Assembly: GCA_004431415.1 (NCBI GenBank)
Contig: QPMI01000275.1
Coordinates: 10,072-74,071 of the forward strand
DNA from: Cyanophora paradoxa CCMP329
Taxonomy: Eukaryota; Plantae; Glaucophyta
Direction of reading: 5' to 3'
Length of the DNA: 64,000 bases
The position numbers and the translations under genes were made by a program. The notes beneath the pieces were generated by a model. It ran no database searches and was not told the DNA's origin. It saw only the letters and a list, made by a program, of their open reading frames with translations. Below are positions 1-12,000 of this stretch, piece by piece (positions within the stretch are counted from its first letter, which is position 1; each line of letters begins with the position of its first letter).

Positions 1-3000
1 ACTACACAATGATCGCCGAGACCGTCTCCTCCGTGCGCCCGCCCGCCCCGCCCGCCTCCGCCCCGCGCAGCCGTGGCCGAGCGGGCGGCAGCCGACGAGC
101 GGGACGCGGCGGATCGCACCGATGCCGGCGGACCTCTGCGCGGGGGTCGCCCTCGTGCTGCACGGCAACGCGGCGGCGGGCAGCTCGGGCCGGCGGGCCG
201 GCGTCGGCTACGGCGGCGTGCCGCGGAGCGTGGCGGTGGAGCTCGACTGCGGGCGGGACGCGGCGGCCGGCGACCCCGACGCCAACCACGCGAGCGTGCA
301 CCTTAACGGCGACCCCGCCGAGGGCCCCGCCCTCGCCCGGGCCTCCTGGGAGCCGGCGCCGTACCCCGGCTTCCCGCTGCGGGCCGCCGCCTCGGGGGCG
401 CCGGCCCTGCAGGACACGCCGGCGGGGGACTACCCGGGGCCCCACGCCGGCGTCGCCGACGGCGCCCTCGTCGCCCCGTTCCGCTGGACCGTGCGCGCGT
501 TCTCCTATTCGTCTCTTCTTTGTTATGACCAGATATGACCGCCTTCTTCAGGTGCCTTTCTTCAACTGGATGCCGAACGAGGAAGTGCTCCTCGTGACGC
601 AGAGCTTCACCCCTTTCCGATGCGGCTACCAGCTCGCCGGCAACCAGGCCCGTTAGCCACCCCGCGGCCCTTGCTCGGGTTTCGTTCTTGGCGGCTGACG
701 GGCGCGGGGCGCAGGTGGTGGTGACGTACCACGCGGTGGGGGGCGTGCTGACGGTCGACTTCAACGGGCGGCGCCTCCTCGCCGCCCCCGTCGACCTTGA
801 GGCCGCCCTCGGCTGTCCGCCCCCGCCCGCCCGCCCGCCCGCCCGCCCGCCCGCCCCGCCGCGCTTGACGGGCCGCAGCGCCGGCGGACGGGGCGATGTA
901 CGTCGGCCTCACGGCCGCCGTCCGCGGCACGGCCGACGCGAGCCGCGCGGGGACCACGTTCGCCGTCGACGCCACCCACTTCTCCGTCCTGTCGGGCGGT
1001 CCAAGCCGCCCGCCACCCGCCGTCCGCCCGTCTCTTCCCCCCTTTCTGACTAGGCGCCCCTTTCTTTTTCGGCGCAGGCAATTACTACGACGAGGCGGTG
1101 GACCCTCGGCCCTTCAACCTCGCGCCCCCCGTCGACGTCGTCCGCGGCCCGGCCGGCCCCGTCGCCGCCGGCGCGCCCGTCACCCTCACCGTCGCCCGCT
1201 CCCTTCTCTACCGGGTCCGTCCTTGCAAATCTTTTATGATTACACGGTCTCTTCTAACTTTTCTTGTTTTCGTCTTCTTAGGGCGCCGACTGGAGCTGGT
1301 CGACTCCCTCGGACGGCGATGGAAGCGCGCCGTCCCTCACGTACCGCTGCGTCGAAAGCTGCGCGCCGGGGGCGCCCTCGGCCCCTCAGCGGGCGGCGCT
1401 CTCGGCCTCCCCCGGCGCCCGCGGGGCCTACTCGGCCGACCTCGGCGCCCTCCCGCCCGGACGCTACCAGGCGCTTACCGCCGACTCCGCCGCCGAGTTC
1501 GAAGTCGCCGCCGGTCCGAACCTGAGCCTCACCTCACCTGAGCTCTGCCTGAGCTTCACCTGAACTCCGCCTTCGCCCAGGGGGCCGGCCGAGCGCGGCG
1601 GAGAGCTACGCTTTCCTTTCGGAGGCGCCGAAGGCCGCGACGTCCGTACCCCGGGTGCGATCGATTGAATGTAAAGTGGAGCTGCCCGGATTCGAACCGA
1701 CGCCGCTCGCTCTGCAGCGCATTGCGTTTGGTGTGGTGTGGCGGGACGCGGCGGGGGGCCTCGCGGCGCCCGACCCCTCCGCCCTCGCCGCCGCCCTCGA
1801 GGCCGACGGCGGCGGCCCGGCCCCGCCCCTCGCCGGCCCCCGCGCCTCCTCCCCTCCGGCCTCTACGAGGTACCCCCGCCCGCCCCGCGCCCGCGCCGCC
1901 CTGACGCCCGCGGCGGGTCGCGGCGGCGCTCCTGCGGGCGGCTTCGCGCTGCGGCTGAGCTACGGCGGCGCCGCGCTGCCCCGGGCCCCCTCCGCTTCTC
2001 CGTCGCCCCTACCCCTCCCCCTCCCTTCCCCTCCCCTCCGCGAGCCCCTCCCCTCCCATCCCCGGCGCCTCCTCGCCCCCGTCCCGACCCCCACCCCCGG
2101 CCCTCCCCGACCCCGCCCCCGGCTGGGAGGGCGCGCGCCCGTCGCTGGTCGCGTGCGGCGGCCCCGCGCCGCGCGCCCTCCCCGCGGCCGCCCCCAACTG
2201 CTCCTTCCCCGCCGGCGCCCCCGACCAGGCGCTCTGGGTCGCCCTCGCACCCCCCGAGGGAGTGTTCCCCCCTGCCGGCGCGGCGCCGGCTCTGCTCGCG
2301 GACGTCTCGTGCCACCCGCCTGAGCGGTCCCTCGTGAATCTTACACGCTTTTCTGTGTTCGAGGATGCGCCGCCGCCCTGGCCTCTCTACTGGGTACGCG
2401 TTCCTCTTCGTTCGCTTAAGCGTCCGCCCCCTTCCGACCCCCCCGCAGCTGGCACTCAACGCGACGGCGGCGGGCGCCTGCAACGCGACCGTCGGCGGCG
2501 CCGCCGGAGCGCCCCGCGGAGTTTTCTCGATTACTGTCCTCCCCGGTCCGCCCCGCCGTCCCTTAGATTTCAGGCGGGGCGCCGCCTGAGGGGGCGGCAG
2601 GCGCCGTGGACGCGCTGCGGTCGCGGCTGGAGGGGGGCGGGCCGGCCGCGCTGCCCCTCCTCCTCGCCGGCCCCGACGCCAACGCGTGCGCCCCGCCGCC
2701 GGCCCCGCGCGCCCCGCGCCCCTCAGCGGCCCGCAGGACGCTCCGCTTCTGCGCCGCCGACGCGTACGGCAACGCCGTCGCCCGCCGCTCGCCCCGCCGC
2801 TCGCCGCCGTGCTCGTCAACGCCTCCGCGGCGCGCCGCTGGCGGTGCCGGCGGAGGCGGAGGCGGCCGGCGGCTGCGCGCGGCTGCGCGTGCGGGCGCCG
2901 CGGGGCAGTACGCGCTGGAGCTGCGGCTCGGGGGCGCGCCGCTGCGGGCGCCGTGGCTGCCGCGCGGCGCCAGCGTCTTCGTGGACGGGCCGCCGTGCAG

Positions 3001-4615
3001 CACGCCGGCCCTCCTCTGCCCGACTGGTCCTGCGCCCCCGACCCCGCCGCCTGCGCCACCCGCCGCCTCTGCTTCGACGGCTCCGAGGCGGCCGACGGGC
3101 GCCCGTGCCCCGCGTGCGCGCCCCGCCGCCGGCCCCGCGCGGCCCGCCCGCTGACGGCGGCCGCAGCCGCCGTGGCTGCGGGCGGTGCGGGCGGCGGATT
3201 TGCCGCTCGTGTTCGGGCGCGGGCGACGGCGGAGGCGACGGCGGCCGACGCCTCCGGCGAGCCCCTCGCGCGCGTCGCTCTCTTCGGCGGCGGCGCAGCG
3301 GCGGCGGAGGCGGGGCGGCAGGGGCGGAGGCGATGGGGCCGGGGACGAGGCGCCGTTCGGGGCGCTGCGGGTGGGCCCCGGGCGGGGGCCGGGCCGGGGC
3401 GGCTCTCGGCGGCGGTGGCGCTGGCGCTGGCGGCGGCGGAGGGCGCGCCGCGCGGCCTCACCGGCGCGCTGCTCGCGCCGGCCCTCGGGCCCGTCGAAGT
3501 CGCCCTCCGCGCCGCCGTCCCGCCCGACGTGCGCCGCCCCGCCCCCGCCCTCGCGCCGCGCCGCGGGCGCTGAGTGGGCGGCAGGCGCGGGGGCGTGCGT
3601 GGCGCGGTGGAACGCGAGCAGCGGGGCGTGGGTGTGCGTGCCCGGCGGGACCCGCTTCGAGCCGGACGCGGCGGGGCGGCGCGGCGGGCGGCGCGGGCGC
3701 TGGCGCCGGGCTGGCGCGTCGGGTGGTTCGCGGCGGCCGTGACCCTCGCGGAGCCCCTCACGCTCGCCCTCGTCGCGCTGCCCGCCCCGGGCCCAGCCCG
3801 CCCCCGCCCCCGTCCCCGTCCCCGTCCCCGGCCGAGACCCCTTTCCTGTCCCCGTCACCGACCCCGTCACCATCCCCGTCTCCGGCCGCGGGGCCCTTGC
3901 CGTCGCCCGGCGCGGGGAATGGGACGGAGGCGCGGAACGCGAGCGGCCCGCGGCCGTGCGCGGGCGGCGCCGGCGCGAATCCCACCACCGACTGCGGCGC
4001 CGGCGACCCTCCGCCTCTGCAGGGTCCGCGCGCACTCGTTTTGCTTCGTTTGTTTCGCGAGCGGCCGCCGCAGCGGACGTGCGCGCATCGGAGCCGGCGA
4101 CGCCGGGCGGCGGCGGCGGCGGGGCGGCGGCGGGCGGCGTGCTGGGCACAGCGGCGGCGGTGGCGGCGCTGGCGTGCGTGGCGGCGGCGCGGCGGCGGCG
4201 GGCGCGGCGGGCGCGGCGCGAGTACGAGAGCCTGCTGGTGCGCGGGCCGGGGCCGGGCGCGGGCGGGCGCGGGCGCAGGGCGGGCGCGAGCCGGGGCGGC
4301 GCAGCGGGAGGACCTGGACGCGGCGGCCGGCGGCGACGGGGCGGCCGAGGAGCACTGGGCCCCAACGCCCTCGCCGCCCGCGCCCGCCGCCCCGCGCCGG
4401 CAGAGGCGAGGGGGGCGGAGGGGGCGCGGGAGGGGCCGCCCGCCCCGTCCGAGGCGGGCGATCGCGAGGGGCCGGCGGGGGCGGCGGAGTGGGAGCCGAA
4501 CCCATCGTACCCTTCCGGGGACGGCGGCGGGGAGGGCGGGGAGGGCTCCTGGGAGGGCAACCCGTCCTACCCGCCCCGCGCGGGGACCGCTACCCCTCGG
4601 GAAGCCCCGTCCTGA
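1..4615 (+). CDS. Multi-exon type-I membrane protein, 5'-truncated by the window edge: L-type (legume-like) lectin domain, filamin/Ig-like repeats, Pro/Ser stalk, TM helix and acidic cytoplasmic tail (copy 1)
   Basis: Exon peptides GVALVLHGN...GVGYGGVPRSVAVELDCGRDAAAGDPDANHASVHLNG and YVGLTAAV (L-lectin-like). GGFALRLSYGGAALPPGPLRFSV and GQYALELRLGGAPL (filamin-like). SPSPSP stalk at 3800-3900, then TM GGVLGTAAAVAALACVAAA followed by RRRRARR. Stop TGA at 4613-4615. Colinear with the inverted paralogue at 26291-31004. Confidence 0.8.
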
Positions 4616-5073
4616 TCGTGGCCCGGCCTCTATCCAGACTCCAGCTGCAGATCTAGAGGCTAGCGCTTGATCTGGAATTGAAACTCTGTGACCCCATATG
4701 CATGGCCAGCCCCTGACGCCGACCCGGGCCCTCTGCATGCACCCTAGGCCTCATCGATCAGAGATTTCCGTCCTCAAAGAGGCGATCCGTCCTTCCCGCA
4801 TCGCCCATTGACCGTATACCCTCTCCACACCCAGTCGTACTAATGTATAATTATGTAACCAGCAATCTAATATCACGCTTTTGTGCACATGTGAATGTTT
4901 TCATTACGGTACATATATACGACGTAGCGCTTTTCTGCACAGAAAGAATATTATATATAATTATCGTACATGGCCATAGGCCTGAGAACTCGAAAACGCC
5001 GTCTCTACAAAAACGAAAGTGCGAAAAAGATGTTGCATTTGATTTATCGATGGGCGGATTAGCGATCGTTGCA

Positions 5074-7193
5074 TTACTGCTGGCGGACGAATTCGAAGGC
5101 GCCCGTAAGAACGACGCCGAAGACTGCAGCGATGAAACTGACGGCGGCCGCGAAGGGAGCCATCGGCACTGCTGCCGAGAAGTACGGGACCGACGCCGGC
5201 GCCGGCGCCGCTGCGGCGGTCCACGTGAACGCGTTCGCGAGCGTGAAGGCTCGGAAACTGTTCTTGTCCGAGCTGATCCGCAGGTCGAAGCCCTGCCCGA
5301 CGTCGAAGCCGGCGTTCGTCGCCTGAAGGAGGGCGCGCCCCGAGGTCGAAGTGGACACCTGACAGGAAGCAAGCGCAGGGGCGCCTGCCGAAACGCCATC
5401 GATATCAGTCCCAAATCAAAATCCGAATTCAAAGATATCGATATAGAAGCGCACGGAAACGAATGATGGTTCGCGAGACGACGCGGGGGTTGACTGCTGG
5501 GCACGCGCGGCCCCCGGGGCTGATGATAATGATTGTAATCGGTTCCCCTTCGGGGAAGCCGTCCCCGACAATGTCGACGTCACCTCCCTCCTGCGCACGC
5601 CCACCGCGTCAGCGATCGTGGTCTTGTGCATGATCGCGATTCGATTTAAATTTCAGATCACTGTAGCTAGTTAGCTTGCATGCCTTCGATGTTTGAATGA
5701 CCGGCTTATCGAGGCGAGCTGTGTTGCTCGCATCGAAGACGAGACGAATGTTAGAGGATGCGCCAACGCCTTGTACAATAACCTGGGTGATTGTCTGCGC
5801 GCCCGCGGGTTTCGGCGTGATGAATCTAAAGCAAATCATGACTCTACAGATCTAGAAAAGCAGACGCGTATACAAATGAAATGCGCCCACCGCCTGGAAT
5901 GGGGCGACGTCTGGAGCCGCGGTTGGCGTCGGCTTCGGCGCGGATGCCGCAGGGGACGGGGACGGCGTTGGGGCGTCGGGGGCCGTTCCGGGCGTGGAAG
6001 GCGAGGGAGAGGGCGTGGCTTGGGCGGATCCGGGGCTCGTCGGCGAGGGGCTGGCCATGGACGACGTCGACGGGGAATTCGAAGGCGTCGGGGCCGATAG
6101 CTCGGATGGCGAGGGGCTGGGGCTCGGGCTCGCGCTGGGGCTGGGGCTGGGGCTCGAGCTCGGGCTGGGGCTGGGGCTGGGGCTGGGGCTGGGGCTCGCG
6201 CTGGGGCTGGGGCTGGGGCTGGGGCTGGGGCTGGGGCTGGGGCTGGGGCTGGGGCTGGGGCTCGGTGTCTCGCTGCGCGGTGGAACGAAATAATCAGCCC
6301 GGGCAATCGCAATTGCAAGCATCGCATCGAGACCGTTGACCTCGGCGACGGGGATGGGGACGGGCTGCAGTAATATTAATGTCAAAGATTCGGTGAGATT
6401 GGCGAAGGGGGCGCGCATTCACCTGGGCGAAGGAGAAGGGGTAGGGGTAATGGGATTCACGCATTTATTATTGACGGTATCCGCCACAAGAGGTTGGTTG
6501 CATTTGCAGATCGGTGTGCCGGCGCCGGAGTTTCCAAGGATGGCCCCATCCTCCGCACAGACGTTGACGCAATAGTTCGAGGAGTTGTAGACAGAGGTGA
6601 CCATAGGCGAATTGCAGCAACAAAAATCGGTTGAACCCGCGGTATACTTCTGTCCGTTGGTGCAGACCCCAGAGCAGACTTCTCCTGGGGCCTTGTGGGA
6701 GATAGATTTGGCGGTGACAAAGTCGCGTGTGCGGGACCCGAGCTGCTGCTTCTGGGGGCGCGAGCTCGAGGTGGCACGCGTAGCACGTGGAGGAGCACCG
6801 GCACCTGCTGGCGTCCATGATTGATATCGATAAAGTGATTAAATACTGATGATGTCATGACGGACCAAGGTTGGCTGTAAACGTGGCGATGCCTGCGACT
6901 GCTTGCAGTTCTGCGGGCTCATGCATTTGGCCAGACACGAACTCCGTCGACGTCGATTCTGAAGCGCATTTGGGGTGATGACCTATGAAAGCCGAGCCGC
7001 TCAAGCTTGCCAAAGTTGGGCTTTGCTGTTGGATATGCGCATGCCCTGCAGCCGCAACTGCACATGTACATGTTGAAAACCAGAGCATTCCAATGAACAC
7101 CGCATTTGCGAGGACGACCGAAGCTGATGCAGCACACGACGCGTTGCTATTTGCTCGGCCGCGCGTGCATGCACAGATGTCGGCGATCCGCAT
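5074..7193 (-). CDS. Secreted/cell-surface Cys-rich and (Ser-Pro)n hydroxyproline-rich-glycoprotein-like protein with a C-terminal hydrophobic anchor (multi-exon)
   Basis: N-terminal hydrophobic stretch [25 protein letters not shown]. Cys-rich exon ([25 protein letters not shown]...[10 protein letters not shown]...CKCNQP...KCVNP). Canonical short introns, e.g. 6365-6422. Long SPSPSP exon at ~6100-6265. RALLQ motif and a terminal hydrophobic tail [23 protein letters not shown]. Some exon boundaries are uncertain. Confidence 0.72.
6110..6262 (-). repeat. (AGCCCC)n hexamer repeat encoding Ser-Pro
   Basis: About 25 copies of ggggct on the + strand, within the coding exon. Confidence 0.95.
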
Positions 7194-7803
7194 GGTCGGC
7201 TTTGGCTTAAAGCTTGCTGCAGCTGGCGAGTGTCGACGTCGCGGCGTCGTCGCCGCCGTTGAACGTGTACGTATACGTATACGTTCGGTCGATCACGATT
7301 CGCGAGCGAGCAGCTTCCCAAGTTCAACTTGTTCAAGGCTTCACCAGGACTCCGGGACTCTCAGATTCTCAGTCCAAGGCTCCACGGCGGAGTCCACGCT
7401 CAAGCTCAAGGCCGGAGCGATGATCAACGTTAAGTAACGACTGTAACGATCGCGGTTGCCGGCGGTTGCAAATTGCGAAACGTCGCCGGCGACTCGCCGC
7501 GCGCGGCGCGACGGGTCTCTGGCACTCTCTGCGGCGAGTCTGCCCAAGGCGGCACGGCTGCAACTTTTTAATACTGCCTTTCGTGTAGATTTGCAGCAGC
7601 AAGAGTCCGCCAATCGCGAGGCTGTTAGCAACTCGGTGCGCCTTATGTGCAGATCTCTCTCTCTAGAGTCTAGAGCTGAGTCTGGCACTGCAGTAGGTAC
7701 GTATACGTAGTACGTACGTATACTAGTAGTAGTCGTCGTATACGTAGTGGGACCTCTTAGTAGGTACGTACGTATACGTAGTGGGACCTCTTAGTACTGT
7801 ACA

Positions 7804-8032
7804 TGTAGGCGTAGTTTTTTAGCCGTGGTAAATAATTGCCGTAAATTGCCGATCGAGAGGCCGAATTCGGCAATTTAGCAACACGGCAATTGCTTGGGGG
7901 GTAGGTATTTGCTTAGCCCGCCATAGAGCAAAAATCTGGATTCGGCAATTTATTGCCACGGCAATTCCGGTTTCGGACCAATTCGGCAATTTTACTACGC
8001 GGCAATTTAACTACAGTACGTTTACGCCTACA
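7804..8032. mobile_element. MITE-like element with terminal inverted repeats and multiple AATTGCC/GGCAATT subterminal motifs
   Basis: TGTAGGCGTA at 7804 is the reverse complement of TACGCCTACA ending at 8032. About ten GGCAATT/AATTGCC motifs lie inside, oriented inversely at the two ends. No clear TSD. The element sits among three copies of GTGGGACCTCTTAGTA (7747, 7781, 8061). Confidence 0.6.
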
Positions 8033-8819
8033 GTATGTACGCCTCCGGGAACTTTTGGAAGTGGGACCTCTTAGTAGGTACGCACCGCCGGTACCGGGTA
8101 CTGCCGTGAATGGTCACCGCCGACTCACCGGGTCACGGTCCGGGTGTACTGCCCCTAGGCGCCGGTACACGAACGGTAAACGGCTAATCGAACGGTACAC
8201 GTTCTTCGAATTTTTTTAATTTAACACAATTGAATTTCGGCCGCGGCCGGAGTCGCCGCCGGACTCCAGCAGTGGACCGGCACTCGCCCCGGGTCGCCCG
8301 GCCCCGGCCCCCGAGTCGACGTCGGACCGGGAGTCCGGGACTCCGGGAGCAGCGTCCGACGGTCGTCGTCACGGCGTCGTCCGACGGTCGTCGCTGCAGG
8401 CTGCACTGCAGCAGCGAGTCCAGCGACCGGACCCAACTTCACCCAAGGCCCAAGGGCCAAGACTCCCGAGTCCGGGAGTTTCGCGGAAAAACTTTTGAAA
8501 CTAACAGCACGTCACGACTCACGAGTCACGACTCACGAGTCATGAATCATGATCACGTGCACGGCCGGGCCCCCTCAGGATCGCGTACGCGTGCACGTGA
8601 GAGTCACGTCCGTCACACTGCCCAAGTCACAGGGGCCACCCGCGGCCGGCCGCGGCCCGCGGGCCAGTGTGACCACAGCCTCCAGGCCCTCCACTGGGCC
8701 ACAGGGGCCCAGGGCCCAGGCTCCACACTGGCAGCCTGTGAGTCTGTGACCACAGCTGCAGTGACCGACGGTGCCACTGACCGTCGGACCGTCTTAGACG
8801 GTTAGACCGTGTCGGACGT

Positions 8820-8948
8820 GCACGGTGCACTGCAGTCTGCACTGAGTGACTCTCAGAGTCTGCACAGACTGCACTGACTCTGCCACTGCCAGTGACTCTG
8901 CACTGAGTCTGCACTGACTCTGCACTGAGTCTGCAGTGCTGCCACTGG
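8820..8948. repeat. Degenerate minisatellite of ~11-bp CTGCACTGA(G/C)T units, partly inverted
   Basis: ctgcactgagt/ctgcactgact is repeated, with reverse-complement fragments (cagtgactc, cagagtctg) interspersed. Confidence 0.8.
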
Positions 8949-9015
8949 GCCGCGGCCCGCGCGCGGCCCGCGGCCCGCGCGGCCCGCGTAAGCATACGTA
9001 TACGTATACGTAAGC

Positions 9016-12000
9016 ATGCATACGCGTGTAATCGTAACGCTGCAGCTGGTCTTTGGCCTGCTGTTGTTTGTCCAACCCTGCCGGCCTCTTGAGCTTGCAG
9101 CTGCGCATCCGGCTACAGCGGCATTCGTGCAGACGCAGGTGCATCAGAGAGAATGCGATATCAACCCGCAGTATCACGCAGACGTCGAGCTCGGTGGGGT
9201 GTCGGGCTCGGCAGGGCCTTCAGCATGCGCAGCTGGCGCCGCAGCGATAGCGTGCACAGCTGCAGATGCAGCTGCGACTCGCGCTATCGATATTGCTGAG
9301 GCTGCAACCGGCTGCGGTTCGGCAACGACAACTCACGTGCACCCACAAATTTCAATCGAGGCACATGATGAATACGCATACGCACACGCAGACGCCGCGT
9401 TCGGCGCTGGCGCCAAAGACGAACACGAACATGATCATGAGCAGGCGCACGCGGGAGCAATGGGGGAGCACGGAGGGCCGTACGACCACCCCGAGGTGCG
9501 TCGACGTCTCAGCTCGAGATTGTATGCCGCAGTGCATGCGTACAAGTAGAAACTCGTGCTTGATTGTGGACCGACTGACGCTGTTTCTTTCCGCAGTTGC
9601 TCAAAGACCTGCTCACCGCCGATGAAGTGAACTTCTTAATTGACTTGAGCGATCAACAAAAAGAACCGTATCTTTACCTGCATCCACAAGGTCCGCTTAT
9701 TCTATGCGCGCGCACCTACGCGTAAAATTCGAGACACGAACGTCCGTAGAATTCAGGAATGGTAGCCGGCTACGGTCTGTTATCGAAAAGATTATTGACC
9801 GCCTCGGTCCTTCGTATTTGTATGAAGACATCCTCTCCGACGGCGTTCGCATTTTCTTGTGAGTTTTAAGGCCGGGCTTCGATGTGATCATTCAAGAACT
9901 GCCGATCGTGCTGCAGTACTAGTGCACTGCGCGCATGCGGCACGAGCACGTGCGCACCCCTCACACAGCTCGCAGATACGCCCCTGAAAATACCAGAACC
10001 GTATTTGCGAATGACTATCACAATGATGCGTGAGTAAATATAATTCTTAAAGCTTTGCTGCCAAATCGCAAATCTTTTAATTTCTAAAGACGAAGTTCTC
10101 TTTGCGTGCCCGGCCGCGCAGTTGCTGTTTGGATGACTGTGGGGAGTGGTACAAAAAGTGCGTATACGTATACACGACTAATTGAAAAACTAGAGGTCGA
10201 ACGGTAGGATAGAAGCGAGGGATTTAGATCCCTCGCGGGTGTGGCGGAGGCGCTAGGCGTGCTTCCGTTCAAGAAGCGGCGGCGTCCCCCGTTCTCGAGG
10301 CGCAGAAGAATGCGCGCACCTCGCGGGCGCTGTCGTACGTCAGTTCCCGTACAGAGAGAGGTACGTGCGCTCGCGCGCTGCCTCTTGGCTCTGTTTCTGC
10401 TCCGTGACGAGTCTCAGTGATTTGAGCGGAGCCGTCTTCAGCGGGATTTAGATCTCTGGATTTGGACAGAGTTTAGCCTAGAGGCTTTTGCCTGCGCGAT
10501 GCAGGAGCTGCACTCACCGGGCGTGGCCGCGGTGAGGAGCTAAAGGCGCTGCCCGACAGCAATTTGATCGGGAGGCCAAGACAACGATTCCAGCAGGGAA
10601 CGAGGCAGGACTCTGAAAAGCGAGTCAGCAGTGTCGGAAAAGAAGGAAAGAAGCCCGAACCGCGGCGGTGGGCGAACGATTGACGTGGAGGGGCTTGCCG
10701 CCGCCCAGGGCGTTGTCGATAGGCGGGGCATTTCGCATCGTTCTGTGCGGTCGTAAGACTTGAGCGACGGCGCGGGCGGCGAGGTGTCGGCGTCTGGGCG
10801 CACGGAAGCGAAGTTCAAACGCGGCGAATGTGCTTTTTGCAGCAGGGTACGTGACTTTTATAGGACCCGGGGGAGGAGACCCCAGGGGGGTACGCTGTTA
10901 TGCGTGTTGCAATTTGGACCTTGCAAGTTGGGTACATGATTGTATTTTTAAAAAAAACAAACAACGCCGAGAAGGCTATTCTTTCGCGCGAGAAAGAGAC
11001 AGCCGAGGCGCTGCGCGCGCGGCGGGGGGCGGCCGCGCGCGCTGCGCCGAGGCTGTGACCCACCACTAACCCAGCGGAGATTTCCGCTCGGCCGCGGCCT
11101 GCGAGATTCTCAGTACCAGAGGTAAGGCACGGAAATGAACGGGTTGCGTACGCGTTCAAGCGGAGCTGGAGGCTCCGTCCGATTAGCCCGACCTGCTGGC
11201 GACTGAGTGAGTAGTCGCAGCAGGCCGTGGCCGCCTTCGTATTTTCGAAGAATGCGGCAAGAATGCGGCTAGCGCTGACGCAATGTCTAGATCTGTTACA
11301 GGGTTTGGAAGGCGTGCACGGGGAGGGCGAACCCAGGGCGAAGGGTGGCGCCGAGCACTGTTGGAATGGGCAGATCCGATGTGCATCAGATCAAGGGCCG
11401 ACGCCAGGACGGCAAAGAGAAGAGTAAAGCTCTGAAGATGAAGAGAGCGTGCAGGAGCATGCAAGTGCGCATGCAAGAAGTGAGCCGACTCGGAGATTGA
11501 CTCGGAGTGAGCTGAAGCGAGGTGCACCGCGGAGGTGGAGAGAGAGACAAGGAGAAGCAAGATGAAAGGAATGTGCTCGTGCGGGGGATGAGCTTCAGCT
11601 CGGGTGCTGCGCCACTCGGGAATCAGTTGGCGAGCGTCGAACGCGCGTCTGGAGGCGCGTACCTGGTAAGCGAGCATATAGCTGCTGTTCTGCGGGCAGA
11701 GAAAGATCAGGAATCTAGCTCGGGAAGAGCAAGAGCGCAGAGCACGCACGCGCTACTGGAATGAGCCGGTCCGATGCGCATCAGATCGAGGGCCGACGCC
11801 AGGACGGCAAAGAGAAGAGTAAAGCTCTGTAGATGAAGAGAGCGTGGCCTGCAGGAGCATGCAAGTGCGCATGTAAGAAGTGAGCCGACTCAGAGATTGA
11901 CTCGGAGTGAGCTGAAGCGAGGTGCACCGCGGAGGCGGAGAGAGAAACAAGGAGAAGCCATCCAAAAAGGAAGATGAAAGGAATGTGCTCGTGTGGGGGA

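Noticed and set aside
1863-4738. Very long ORFs (600-800 aa) on both strands, also at 26164-28639, 31291-33021 and 45418-47612
   Set aside because: They are Arg/Pro/Ala/Gly-rich shadow frames produced by extreme GC content. The real product is spliced and switches frames.
8820-8948. CRISPR-like array
   Set aside because: The units are ~11 bp and contiguous with no unique spacers, the context is eukaryotic, and there are no cas genes.
11432-11450. Plus-strand CTGAAGA as a hammerhead core
   Set aside because: No helix II or GAAA follows, and the tandem copy reads CTGTAGA.
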